From Candidatus Dojkabacteria bacterium (GTDB taxonomy: Bacteria; Patescibacteriota; Dojkabacteria; B142; WJKM01): DNA of 64,000 nucleotides. The stretch is taken from positions 68,345-132,344 of the forward strand of contig WJKM01000004.1 of NCBI GenBank assembly GCA_014729085.1, in the 5' to 3' direction. Shown in pieces: positions 9,823 through 19,680 of this stretch (position 1 is its first letter; every line of letters starts with the position of its first letter). The position numbers were made by a program, and so were the translations under genes. Below the pieces are notes generated by a model, which worked only from the letters and a program-made list of their open reading frames with translations, was not told the origin of the DNA and did not search any database.

Positions 9823-11360
9823 TGAAGAACAAACTGCCTCTGTTCAATTATGCAATTCTTTTCTTGTTCATCTTCATTTTCCAGATTTTTACTCTTACTA
9901 ATAGTTATGCTCAAATATTTAACGATATCTCTTCAGATTACGAATTTTATAACTACATTGAAGACCTTAAACAAAGAAATATAATTGACGGGTATACAGA
10001 TGGAACTTTCAGACCAAATAACAAGCTAACACGCGGAGAACTTTCAAAAATAGTTACAAATGCATTTAGTCTAAAAGCAGACTCTAAAAGTAATAACTTC
10101 CTTGATTTAGAGGAAACAGATACATTCTACGACTATATTATAACTCTTAACCAATTAGGGATAATAAATGGATATTCAGATGGCACCTTTAGAAGTTATG
10201 AGAAAGTTACCAGAGGACAAGCCATGAAATTCATCGTTAATTCGGTGAAACTTAGCGATAACGAAAAGTTTGTAGAGGTACCTCAGTGGACTATCTTTCC
10301 AGATGTTGATGAATCTAATACTTTCTTCAACTATATCAATTCAGCTACTTCTATTAAATTAAATGACGGAACGCGAATTATTAAAGGTTACTCAACAGGG
10401 GAATTTGGAGTCAATAATAACATTACAAGGGCCGAAATTTCTAAGGTCATAAGTCAAACTTTGAATTATTATGAGAATGGAGGTACATTTGAACCCCCGC
10501 TCACATATCAAGAAGCTAATAATGAACTTGCTGGCGTTGACGAAAATAATGAAATACTTGCAATTTATTCTATAAAGACAGACTCAACAATTACAATAAT
10601 TAGAGAATATGAAAAAACTGATCTACAAGTTAACGAACAAATGTGGGGCATAATTACCAATGTAATTCCGGAAAACAGAATTCAAAACCTATCAAAATTT
10701 AACCTATTTACGGATGGCGAAAAAGAATCATTAGCTGGAATTTATCGAGATGCCTACAATTTGGAAAATTTCAATTTTATGATTGATTATTTAGATATAT
10801 ACCAAAATTCAACTATTAATGAAACTCTATTAGAATATGCAACTATACATGAATTAGGGCATATTATAAGTTTAAATAGTGAACAGATAACTATTACAAA
10901 AAGTTTATATACTGCTAAAACTATAGAAGAAATGGAAGAAATGAAGGGTATTGCAGAATTACTTTGCACAAACTACTATGCATTTGATGGCTGTAGTAAA
11001 GATAACTCATATATTAATTCATTTGTAAACACCTTTTGGACTGAAGAACAACTTAATAGGTTAGAAGAAATTTACAATGCAGATACTGACGAAGAGCAAA
11101 ATCAATTACTAAATGATTTTTACTGGGATTATGAAAACGACTTTGTTACTCTATATGCCTTATCTGCCCCAACTGAGGACTTTGCAGAAAGTTTTACACA
11201 CTTTATTACACATGAGAGACCTGAAGATACAACTTTCATCAAAGATCAGAAAACCGAATTTTTCTATAGCTTTCCCGAACTCGTTGATTTACGAAATGAT
11301 ATCAGAATACACATTTCTGAGGATACTAAAAATGTTGACATCCAATCTTATCTTCTATAA
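9822..11360 (+). CDS. S-layer homology (3x SLH) protein with C-terminal zinc metallopeptidase-like domain
   Basis: GY.DGTFRP...TRGE/TRGQ/TRAE SLH repeats. HELGH and EDFAESF motifs. Confidence 0.85.
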   Translation: MKNKLPLFNYAILFLFIFIFQIFTLTNSYAQIFNDISSDYEFYNYIEDLKQRNIIDGYTDGTFRPNNKLTRGELSKIVTNAFSLKADSKSNNFLDLEETDTFYDYIITLNQLGIINGYSDGTFRSYEKVTRGQAMKFIVNSVKLSDNEKFVEVPQWTIFPDVDESNTFFNYINSATSIKLNDGTRIIKGYSTGEFGVNNNITRAEISKVISQTLNYYENGGTFEPPLTYQEANNELAGVDENNEILAIYSIKTDSTITIIREYEKTDLQVNEQMWGIITNVIPENRIQNLSKFNLFTDGEKESLAGIYRDAYNLENFNFMIDYLDIYQNSTINETLLEYATIHELGHIISLNSEQITITKSLYTAKTIEEMEEMKGIAELLCTNYYAFDGCSKDNSYINSFVNTFWTEEQLNRLEEIYNADTDEEQNQLLNDFYWDYENDFVTLYALSAPTEDFAESFTHFITHERPEDTTFIKDQKTEFFYSFPELVDLRNDIRIHISEDTKNVDIQSYLL

Positions 11361-11364
11361 AAAT

Positions 11365-11961
11365 TTATGATTGTAAATAATGTTTATATTTCTTATCTTG
11401 TTTCATTTCTTTTTCGATAAGTTTCCTAAGTATTTCTGACCTGCTTTTATTATATATAGATGAAGCCCAATCCAGATAGTATTTTTGTCTTTTATCCAGC
11501 ACAAAATTATACCTTCCAGTTCCTGACTCAATTTTACTATAACCAATAAAAGATTGAATTTTTTTCTTGAAATTGTCTCTTGAGTAATCTTCAATAGTAA
11601 GATGAGAAGAGGATAAAGCATCTAAATATGAGTCGTCATATAAAATGTTATCTCTTCTCCTTCTCATAACCAAAGTAGGCTTCCTTCTTAATACCGAATA
11701 GTTGATTTGATGGGATGAACTGAAATTTGGAACTGTATACTCAATAACACTGGCATCGGCTTCATTAATCGCTTTTATTATGGATTTATATATTTTCTTA
11801 ATATTCCTTTTTTGATTCCCTTTTTTGATACGCTTATCTACCTCATCTATCCAATCCCAAAGGATTACGCATCCTAACTCTACCAAGTAATCCCTAATCA
11901 AAAAATAATATTCTCTATTCTGCATCCATTCATAAGTTGTACATCCAAACCATATTTTCAT
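11365..11961 (-). CDS. Nucleoside 2-deoxyribosyltransferase-like domain fused to a C-terminal ribbon-helix-helix; putative regulator
   Basis: MKIWFGC..., EADASVIEYTVPNFSSSHQI and KPTLVM fit the NDT/RCL fold. RYNFVLD...LDWAS....SRSEILRKLIE fits RHH. Confidence 0.65.
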   Translation of the reverse strand: MKIWFGCTTYEWMQNREYYFLIRDYLVELGCVILWDWIDEVDKRIKKGNQKRNIKKIYKSIIKAINEADASVIEYTVPNFSSSHQINYSVLRRKPTLVMRRRRDNILYDDSYLDALSSSHLTIEDYSRDNFKKKIQSFIGYSKIESGTGRYNFVLDKRQKYYLDWASSIYNKSRSEILRKLIEKEMKQDKKYKHYLQS

Positions 11962-11998
11962 AATTTAAAACATTAATAAGGTTGATTAATCTAAATTA

Positions 11999-12034
11999 TT
12001 GTGTAAATTTTTTGAAAGTTGTGTAATGATTACA
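11999..12034. promoter_or_regulatory. Candidate operator in the divergent intergenic region
   Basis: TTGTGTAA at 11999 and 12019 (20 bp apart). Palindrome TGTAAT-G-ATTACA at 12022-12034. Confidence 0.5.
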
Positions 12035-12080
12035 TAATATAATTTTGGTATAGTTAAATCAATATTTCAAAATAAATACT

Positions 12081-12416
12081 ATGAAATCAAAAAATGAACT
12101 TAAGCTGCCTCCAAAAGCTACATTAAAAGATTACCAGAAATATGTTATGGACTTAGAAAAAAGAAGGGGTTTCTTGCAACAAACAGCTATAGAAAAATGT
12201 TTAATGCTTGGTGAAGAAGTTGGAGAACTTTTTAAAGCTGTTAGAAAAAAAGAAGGGTTAAAAGTCGATAAAAAAAATTCAAAATTTAAAGACATTCCTG
12301 GAGAACTTGCTGATATTTTTATCTTTATTCTCTCCATCTCAAATAAATTCGATATTGATTTGGAAAAAGCATTTATCAATAAGGAAGCAATAAATAAGAA
12401 AAGAATATGGAACTAA
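12081..12416 (+). CDS. MazG-like NTP pyrophosphohydrolase
   Basis: LGEEVGELFKAVRK and GELADIF motifs. Confidence 0.9.
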   Translation: MKSKNELKLPPKATLKDYQKYVMDLEKRRGFLQQTAIEKCLMLGEEVGELFKAVRKKEGLKVDKKNSKFKDIPGELADIFIFILSISNKFDIDLEKAFINKEAINKKRIWN

Positions 12417-12435
12417 CTTTATAATCATATTTATT

Positions 12436-12813
12436 ATGAAAAAACCATCTTTTACTACAATAATTAATCAAATTATTGAATTTAATGATAAACGAGGTTG
12501 GGATCCAGAACCAGTTGACTCTGCTAAGTCCATAGTAATTGAATCAGCTGAGCTTCTTGAACATTTTCAGTGGGATGCAACTGACCAACGTAAAGACGAG
12601 AAGAAAGACTGGACTGATATTGAGTTAGAAGTTGCAGATGTTTTCTGGTATTTACTTACATTTTGCCATAAAACCAATATAGATCCTCTTGGAGCTATAC
12701 AAAATAAAATTAAATATAATGAAGAGAAATATCCAGAAGATCATTTCAATGGAAAACACAATCAAAAATTTTATAAACAGAGAAAAATGGAATATAGAAA
12801 CAAAAATAAATAA
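12436..12813 (+). CDS. MazG-like (dCTP pyrophosphatase/RS21-C6 type) nucleotide pyrophosphohydrolase
   Basis: R.W, SIVIESAELLEHFQW, EVADVFWYL and K..YNEEKYP motifs. Confidence 0.9.
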   Translation: MKKPSFTTIINQIIEFNDKRGWDPEPVDSAKSIVIESAELLEHFQWDATDQRKDEKKDWTDIELEVADVFWYLLTFCHKTNIDPLGAIQNKIKYNEEKYPEDHFNGKHNQKFYKQRKMEYRNKNK

Positions 12814-12828
12814 TTTTCTTAACTTATT

Positions 12829-13305
12829 ATGAGAGACGCAACTCTTTGTTTTCTTGTAAAAGAATCAAATAATAAAATTATACAAATTTGCTTAGCTAAA
12901 AAGAAAAGGGGATTTGGTACTGATAAATGGAATGGCGCTGGAGGAAAAGTAATGAACGAAACAATAGAAGAGGCAATGATAAGAGAAACGATAGAAGAAA
13001 TTGACGTTGTACCCTTGGAATACGTAAAAGTTGCAGAACTAACTTTTCAATTTAAGGAAAATCCAGCATTTAATCAAAAAGTCTATAGTTACTTAGCAAC
13101 TTCCTGGAAAGGGAATCCCTCAGAAAGTGATGAAATGAAACCAAGATGGTTTGAAGTAGATGAAATTCCTTACTATAGCATGTGGGATGACGACAAACAC
13201 TGGTTACCACTTGTTCTTAATAAAAAGAAACTTACAGGCAAATTCCTTTTTAACCAAAAGAATAAGATTATAGATCACAAAATTAACGTAGTAAACAAAT
13301 TTTAA
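12829..13305 (+). CDS. Nudix hydrolase, MTH1/8-oxo-dGTP diphosphatase-like
   Basis: KKRGFG..KWNGAGGK, Nudix box RETIEEI, ESDEMKPRWF and IPY..MW.DD..WLP. Confidence 0.9.
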   Translation: MRDATLCFLVKESNNKIIQICLAKKKRGFGTDKWNGAGGKVMNETIEEAMIRETIEEIDVVPLEYVKVAELTFQFKENPAFNQKVYSYLATSWKGNPSESDEMKPRWFEVDEIPYYSMWDDDKHWLPLVLNKKKLTGKFLFNQKNKIIDHKINVVNKF

Positions 13306-13326
13306 AACATTTGTTATTCAATTTAT

Positions 13327-15006
13327 TCAATATCTAGTCCGATAGATTGTTCCTTGTGCGAGTTGATAAGGATCTTCATTAAAAACCTCTTCAAATTTAT
13401 CTTTTGCTAGAGCATATTGCAAATTCCAACTTTGCCAATTTTGATTTTGTTCTTTACTACGAAACTTTACGATATCAACCGCAATTGACTCTTTAATATA
13501 TTTTCTTATACAATTTTCAAATTTAACCCCTGAATATGGACAATCATCAACTATATATTTTTGTTCCGAATCCATGAGATATTCAAATTCCTTACTATTC
13601 ATATAGTTAAGTAATGCAATTGAACCCTCCAGTCCTAGGTCTTCAACAATATACTCTAAGTCTAGTTCTTTGCTATCTCCTTCAAATTGTTCTTCATAAA
13701 ACTTTTCAATATTATTTTTAACTATTGTCTTTTCCATACTAAACTGCGTGAATCCGACCAAAAAAACAATGGTAATTAAAAATGTCCCAATATTTAAGAC
13801 CTTTCTACGTAAATCATCTTTGAAAAAAATATTAATTCCTAATAAGAACATAATTAAAACTTCGAATATTAAAAAGGCATGGGGTATGAGTCGATCTACT
13901 GTAAAACCATAAACTTGTTCATAAAGAGCTATTCTCGAGTGAGAAGAGAATATCATCACTAAGCTTGAAAATATTGTAAATATATACAAAGGAGCTAATA
14001 TCAACTTAGACTTACGTGCTTTAAGAGAGAATCTGGTCTGGGCAACATATAAAAGACAATAGTTGATCAAAGTAACTATAATCATTTCCCAAAAACCTTT
14101 AATCGCATATTCTGAATAAATTAAACCTTGATTCCGAATGAAATTCTCACCTCCAAATAAGTATTGGAATTGGACTATTACAAACACAAGATAAATAAAA
14201 TTCAATGCTATAAAAAGTATTGAGGGAATAATCAAATCAACAGAAATCTTATCCAATATTGCAATATTCACTTTTGAAACTCTCATTCTCTTTGAGTGAA
14301 TAAAGCCTGTAAAGTATGACCAAATTAGAAATCCAACTAAAATACTAAAAGGTATCTTAAAAAAAGTTGATAATCTAAGATCTGGGACAACTAAATCAAT
14401 AAAATCACGAACATAATCTGAAAAAATAGGATCTGCAGAACTTAATAAGAGTAAAACGATAAATATAATAGGCAAAGTGACGAAAATACCGATCAAAACT
14501 TTGGGAAGCCAAGATTTTGCATTCCTTTGAATCTTTTCTTGTTTGAAGATATAAAGTGGAGCTTTAAAAATCGCTCCAAATACAGTACTCGCTTTAATTA
14601 ATTCCAAAAATTCTAGACCTGAAAATTTTCTAAAATAGTTAGGATTTGCAGATAAAATAAAATATAAAGGTAAAAGAAAACTTAAGTTACAAAAACTGAG
14701 AAACAATACAAATGAATTAGCCCTAATTGTATAAATAGATGAAAAATATATAATAAAAAGACCTAAGAAACTATATACAGACAATTTAATACCTTTGTTA
14801 TAAATGATTCTTGCAATTTCATAAGTGGTTATTAGAAACACATTAAATATTAATAGCTGTATTCCCCATTTCTTAAAAAGAAAAAACCAATTAAAAACAA
14901 GAGAAGTTATAATAAACAAAACAAATGAATAAATAATTAATGGTTTTGACATTTTATTCTTTCTTTCCTTATTAGAAGCTTGCGATGATGATTTGTCCTC
15001 AGTCAT
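13327..15006 (-). CDS. DUF4173/DUF4153-type membrane protein
   Basis: LLSSADPIF, QFQYLFGG, YSEYA..GFWEM, R..LY...YGFT..R and WQSWN motifs. Confidence 0.8.
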   Translation of the reverse strand: MTEDKSSSQASNKERKNKMSKPLIIYSFVLFIITSLVFNWFFLFKKWGIQLLIFNVFLITTYEIARIIYNKGIKLSVYSFLGLFIIYFSSIYTIRANSFVLFLSFCNLSFLLPLYFILSANPNYFRKFSGLEFLELIKASTVFGAIFKAPLYIFKQEKIQRNAKSWLPKVLIGIFVTLPIIFIVLLLLSSADPIFSDYVRDFIDLVVPDLRLSTFFKIPFSILVGFLIWSYFTGFIHSKRMRVSKVNIAILDKISVDLIIPSILFIALNFIYLVFVIVQFQYLFGGENFIRNQGLIYSEYAIKGFWEMIIVTLINYCLLYVAQTRFSLKARKSKLILAPLYIFTIFSSLVMIFSSHSRIALYEQVYGFTVDRLIPHAFLIFEVLIMFLLGINIFFKDDLRRKVLNIGTFLITIVFLVGFTQFSMEKTIVKNNIEKFYEEQFEGDSKELDLEYIVEDLGLEGSIALLNYMNSKEFEYLMDSEQKYIVDDCPYSGVKFENCIRKYIKESIAVDIVKFRSKEQNQNWQSWNLQYALAKDKFEEVFNEDPYQLAQGTIYRTRY

Positions 15007-15220
15007 TTATATTTATATAAAAATTTAATTGTTGAACTCAATTGGTTGAGTTTAGGCACATAATCCTCGTAATACTTTCAAAATTATTGACCTTCATCCC
15101 GTCAAACGGTACTTCGACACCGTGTACGGAAAAATTTCAATTTATGACCTTTCAATTCCGGTTACAGTAAAGGTACCATATATATAGACGTATTTGAAGC
15201 TAATTTATTACATTTTAAAA

Positions 15221-15251
15221 TAAAAGAACGATACTTCATAATATCGTTCTT
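15221..15251 (-). terminator. Putative intrinsic terminator after the acetate-CoA ligase gene
   Basis: AAGAACGATA...TATCGTTCTT inverted repeat with an A-run on the left. Confidence 0.5.
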
Positions 15252-15335
15252 ATGCTTTATGTATAGACATCTATACAAATCAGATCAGGCGTGAATACGG
15301 CCATAAATTTAAATTTAAGAGCATGTATGTCAATA

Positions 15336-17480
15336 TTATTTTTGTACAAATACTTTTAGATCAACTACGACAGCTCGATCATCAGTTACTATACCCGGAT
15401 TTAAATCCATTGATACAATCTCCGGATAACTTATTACCATACTTTGAATTTTATCAATCAAATCGTAAACCTTATCCATCGCTAAAGTACCGCTACTTCT
15501 GGCACCTTTAAGGACTTTTGATACTTTTGTTGCATCTACAATTTCTTCAATTCCCTGTCTAGATAAAGGTAACAATCTTGATGCTAGATCTTTATAGACT
15601 TCTGTGTAAATTCCACCTTTTCCAAACACAACCATGTGTCCAAAACCTCTATCATCAGGATTAGAATATACTTCACTTGTCCCGTCTCTATTTACACCTA
15701 CAAAAATCTCTTCCCCTCCAACTATATGTTCTTGAATTAAAATATCAGCTAAGTTCTTTTCGTCAACCATTTTATCTTTCAACCTTGCTATTGTAATTTG
15801 TAATTCATTGAAAGCTTTACGAACTTGATCTTCAGTCTTAAGATTCAAATACAGAGATTTTTCATCTGTTTTATGAATAATATCAGCAGTAGTTGCCTTC
15901 ATAACTATTGGATATTTATCCTGACAAAAATTTACAACATCTTCGATATTATTGGAGACCATTTGTCGCGGGACATCAATTTCAAACTCCTCTGCAAGCT
16001 TCACTACTAACTTCTCTGGAAGTGGTTGAGGCTCTTCTGTAACAATCTTTTCAACTTCATCCCTAGTATTATCTGAAACATTTACGTTTTCAATTGAAAG
16101 GTTAAGATGGCTGGCTTCTCGTTCAAAACTGTAATACTTATACATATGTGCCATTACTTCAATTGCCTCCTCAACATAATCAAAAACTGGTACATTATGA
16201 TCATATAGTCTTTCTACACCGCTTCGAACATATTTACCACCTAAGAAGGCTGCAAATATAGGTTTTTTCAATACACGGCTTTCGTTGATGATTAATTTCG
16301 CTGTTTCTTCTATCTGTGTAATAAGCTGTGGTGTTAAAATAATCAAAATACCATCTACATTTGGATCTTCTCCCAATATTCCAATAGGAGCAGCATATCT
16401 TTCAGCCAATGCATCCCCGATCACATCAATCGGATTAACTACACTAGCGGCTTTTGGAAGACTAGCTTTAATCTTATCTTGGGTTGAGGATGTCAATTCA
16501 GCAAGTTCAAGTCCTTCTGTAATAATTTTATCTGCTGCAATAATTCCAGGCCCACCGGCATTTGTTACAACAGCAATTCTTTTTCCTTTAAGTGGTGGAC
16601 TCCAGGAAAAAGCCATAAGCAAATTGAACATAGTGTTCATATTCTCAACAAGCATAGCCCCGCATTGCTTTAAAGCCTGATTTCTAACTTCTGCTGAACC
16701 TGCAAGAGATCCAGTATGTGAGGAAATAGCTAATTTAGCTTTTTCTGTCTTACCTGGAGTCAACAAAATAACAGGCTTGTTCTGTTTCTTTCTAATCATG
16801 TTATATAACTCTTGTCCATCAGTTATCTCTTCAATATATGAACCTACAACTTTTACATCATCAGATTCTAGAGCATATTCTATTAGATCTATTTCACTTA
16901 CATCAGCTTTATTTCCATAAGAGACAAATTGGGCAAAACCCATATTTTTCTTCTGAGCAATATCAAGAGCGGCTGTACAGAAAGCACCTGATTGAGAAGA
17001 AAAGAAAATATCTCCTGCTGGAGGAGATGAAGTAGCAAAGGATGCATTCAATCCTATACTTGTGTTAATAAATCCCAAACAATTAGGTCCTAGGATTCGA
17101 ACACCATATTTAGAAGCAATTTCAATAATCTCTTCTTCCTTCTTTTTTCCTTCCTCTCCAATTTCCTTAAACCCAGCTGAAATAATAACGGCACCTTTGA
17201 TTCCTTTCTGTTCAGCAGCTTCTTTCAATGCTTCAGCAATAAATTTGGCTGGAATTACGAAAATGACTATTTCAACATCGCCATCGATTGCTCCAACCGA
17301 AGGATAACATCTTTTATCAAATAGTTCTTCATATTTGGGATTTACTGCATAAAGCTCACCCTCATAACCTGAATCTATAATATTATTGTAGATAATAGCC
17401 CCTAATTTAGTTACATCTTTTGAAACACCGACTACGGCTATAGATTTTGGATTCAAAAGATTATTAATATTGTTTCTCAT
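15336..17480 (-). CDS. ADP-forming acetate-CoA ligase, fused alpha/beta subunits
   Basis: PKSIAVVGVS, GPNCLG, SQSGA, GNKADV, SSHTGSLAG, TNAGGPGI, NPIDVIGDA, HKTD and DLNP motifs. Confidence 0.92.
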   Translation of the reverse strand: MRNNINNLLNPKSIAVVGVSKDVTKLGAIIYNNIIDSGYEGELYAVNPKYEELFDKRCYPSVGAIDGDVEIVIFVIPAKFIAEALKEAAEQKGIKGAVIISAGFKEIGEEGKKKEEEIIEIASKYGVRILGPNCLGFINTSIGLNASFATSSPPAGDIFFSSQSGAFCTAALDIAQKKNMGFAQFVSYGNKADVSEIDLIEYALESDDVKVVGSYIEEITDGQELYNMIRKKQNKPVILLTPGKTEKAKLAISSHTGSLAGSAEVRNQALKQCGAMLVENMNTMFNLLMAFSWSPPLKGKRIAVVTNAGGPGIIAADKIITEGLELAELTSSTQDKIKASLPKAASVVNPIDVIGDALAERYAAPIGILGEDPNVDGILIILTPQLITQIEETAKLIINESRVLKKPIFAAFLGGKYVRSGVERLYDHNVPVFDYVEEAIEVMAHMYKYYSFEREASHLNLSIENVNVSDNTRDEVEKIVTEEPQPLPEKLVVKLAEEFEIDVPRQMVSNNIEDVVNFCQDKYPIVMKATTADIIHKTDEKSLYLNLKTEDQVRKAFNELQITIARLKDKMVDEKNLADILIQEHIVGGEEIFVGVNRDGTSEVYSNPDDRGFGHMVVFGKGGIYTEVYKDLASRLLPLSRQGIEEIVDATKVSKVLKGARSSGTLAMDKVYDLIDKIQSMVISYPEIVSMDLNPGIVTDDRAVVVDLKVFVQK

Positions 17481-17773
17481 TTTAAAATTTAAAATTATAA
17501 ATTATATATATCACTATTTTAGCCAGATAAATATATCATAAAAATATAATGACCTAAGTATAATAGCAAACTTATACAGAAATTTTTAGTTCCGCACCTA
17601 TTAAACTTCCACTCCTCGACGGGCTCATTATATGATACTGCAGATATTTTTTCTATACTTTATAATGTCCAATGTATTGAAGATCAAATAAAATTATTAT
17701 AATGAACTGGATCAAATATTACTTTAACCATATAAATAATTAAGTCCTTTACATTAATGCTTGAAGCAGAATT

Positions 17774-19102
17774 ATGAGTAAATCAATAGATAACAAAAAC
17801 AAAATTGCGATTATTGGGGGAGGATTAACTGGTTTGACAGCTGCATACTTTCTATCACAAAAGGGATATAGTATTACTGTCTTCGAAAAATCCGATAAAT
17901 TAGGGGGACTTGCTTCAACAGACGAAATTGCTAATTCACAAATTGAAAAAACTTACCATCATATTTTTCAAACTGACACAAAGATATTGAAATTGATTCA
18001 AAAATTAAAATTAGCCCATTTGCTCAGATGGGAAAACAGCTCAATGGCAATCTATTATAAAAAACGAATATTTCCATTTTCTTCTCCTATTGACCTATTA
18101 AAATTCAAACCACTTTCACCAATCAACAGAATAAGAACAGGATTAGTTATATTTTTTTTAAAAATCTTCAAAAATTGGAAAAAATTGAGTTCTGTTACAG
18201 CAAAAGAATGGTTAAGCAAATGGAATGGAAAGCAAGCATATAAAGTAATCTGGGAACCTTTATTAAAAGGCAAATTTCATAAATATTCTAACCAAATTTC
18301 GATGGCTTGGCTATGGGCTAGAATCCATATACGCGCGAATACACGAAATAAGACAGGAAACCAGGAGCTTCTCGGTTATCTTGAAGGAAGCTTCGGTGTT
18401 TTAATCCAAGAACTAGAAAATCAACTTTCCCAGAACGGAGTTAAAATAAAACTCACCTCTGAAATCAAATCATTAACTTCTAAAAAATGCAATAAAGTTA
18501 TACTACAATCAAATAATAAAACATTTAAATTTGACAAATGTATTGCAACAGTTCCTTCGGTTGTTTTTGCAGACCTCTTAAATACAAATAAATATAACTA
18601 CTACATCAATAATTTAAAAGATATTGATTATCTAGGTGCTGCTACCTTAGTATTCTCTTCTAATCAGAACATAGGAGATAAATACTGGTACAATATTAAT
18701 GAAATATCTTTTCCATTTTTAGCATTCATTAATCATACAAATTTCATTCACAAGTCATTCTATGATAGAAAACATATATATTATATTGGAGGCTATTTTC
18801 CGCATGATCATGAAATTTTTAGTAAGAATGAAAGTGAAATACGACAAATTTGGTTTACATCATTAAAAAAAATTTTTCCACAATTCGACGAAACCCAAAT
18901 ACATGAATCGAAAATATACAGATTCAAATTTGCCCAACATATTGTAAATAATAGTTATAAGTCTAAAATTCCGAAATACATAACACCCCTAGATAATGTA
19001 TATTTAGCAAATTTCTCGCAAATCTATCCTGAAGATAGAGGTATGAATTTTGCAGTAAGAGAAGGGGAGAATATTGCCAATATTGTTGCCATAGATATGT
19101 GA
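17774..19102 (+). CDS. FAD-dependent oxidoreductase (amine oxidase/protoporphyrinogen oxidase-like)
   Basis: IAIIGGGLTGLTAA, GGLA, E..YHHIF and YPEDRGMNFAV..G motifs. Confidence 0.85.
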   Translation: MSKSIDNKNKIAIIGGGLTGLTAAYFLSQKGYSITVFEKSDKLGGLASTDEIANSQIEKTYHHIFQTDTKILKLIQKLKLAHLLRWENSSMAIYYKKRIFPFSSPIDLLKFKPLSPINRIRTGLVIFFLKIFKNWKKLSSVTAKEWLSKWNGKQAYKVIWEPLLKGKFHKYSNQISMAWLWARIHIRANTRNKTGNQELLGYLEGSFGVLIQELENQLSQNGVKIKLTSEIKSLTSKKCNKVILQSNNKTFKFDKCIATVPSVVFADLLNTNKYNYYINNLKDIDYLGAATLVFSSNQNIGDKYWYNINEISFPFLAFINHTNFIHKSFYDRKHIYYIGGYFPHDHEIFSKNESEIRQIWFTSLKKIFPQFDETQIHESKIYRFKFAQHIVNNSYKSKIPKYITPLDNVYLANFSQIYPEDRGMNFAVREGENIANIVAIDM

Positions 19103-19134
19103 TATAATTCACTAACATTTTATCCTATATTATT

Positions 19135-19680
19135 ATGGAAAGTCTTACAGATTATAATCCATTTGGAGACTACGACAATGATGGTATCAGTAATATAGAA
19201 GAATGGTTAGGAGTAAATATTGAAGGATATGGACATATTACAACTAATTGGAGAGAAGAAGATACGGATAAAGATGGATTAAATGATGGAGAAGAGCGAG
19301 ATCTTGGGACTAACCCTAGAAACCCAGACAGTCATTTAAGCGGTATTCTTGATGGATATCAAGGAGGAAAATTTGGTGAAATCGATATTGATAAATATAA
19401 CCAATTTACTCAAATAACTATTGAGGGCCAAACATATTCCGAGTTCGCAGCTGAATTAATCTCAGAAGAATCCTTAAACTCACCTTTACATCTATCCAGA
19501 AGTGATTCTGGAATAGAGTCAGGTATACAAACCATTGATCCAGTAGCATGTATTGCAAATAATGGATTTACTGATTTATGGGAAATATGGGCCAATCAGG
19601 ATGGTGGTAGATATATTGATAAGTTTGATTTTAATGGAGATGGAGAAGTAACTATTGAGGATTTATTTACCGATTATTAA
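19135..19680 (+). CDS. Acidic Ca-binding repeat protein (TSP3-like and EF-hand-like motifs)
   Basis: DYDNDGISNIEE, DTDKDGLNDGEE..GTNP..PDS and DFNGDGEVTIED. Confidence 0.65.
   Translation: MESLTDYNPFGDYDNDGISNIEEWLGVNIEGYGHITTNWREEDTDKDGLNDGEERDLGTNPRNPDSHLSGILDGYQGGKFGEIDIDKYNQFTQITIEGQTYSEFAAELISEESLNSPLHLSRSDSGIESGIQTIDPVACIANNGFTDLWEIWANQDGGRYIDKFDFNGDGEVTIEDLFTDY

Noticed and set aside
15060-15190. Possible structured ncRNA in a slightly GC-richer intergenic stretch
   Set aside because: Only short hairpins are present, with no recognisable family motif.
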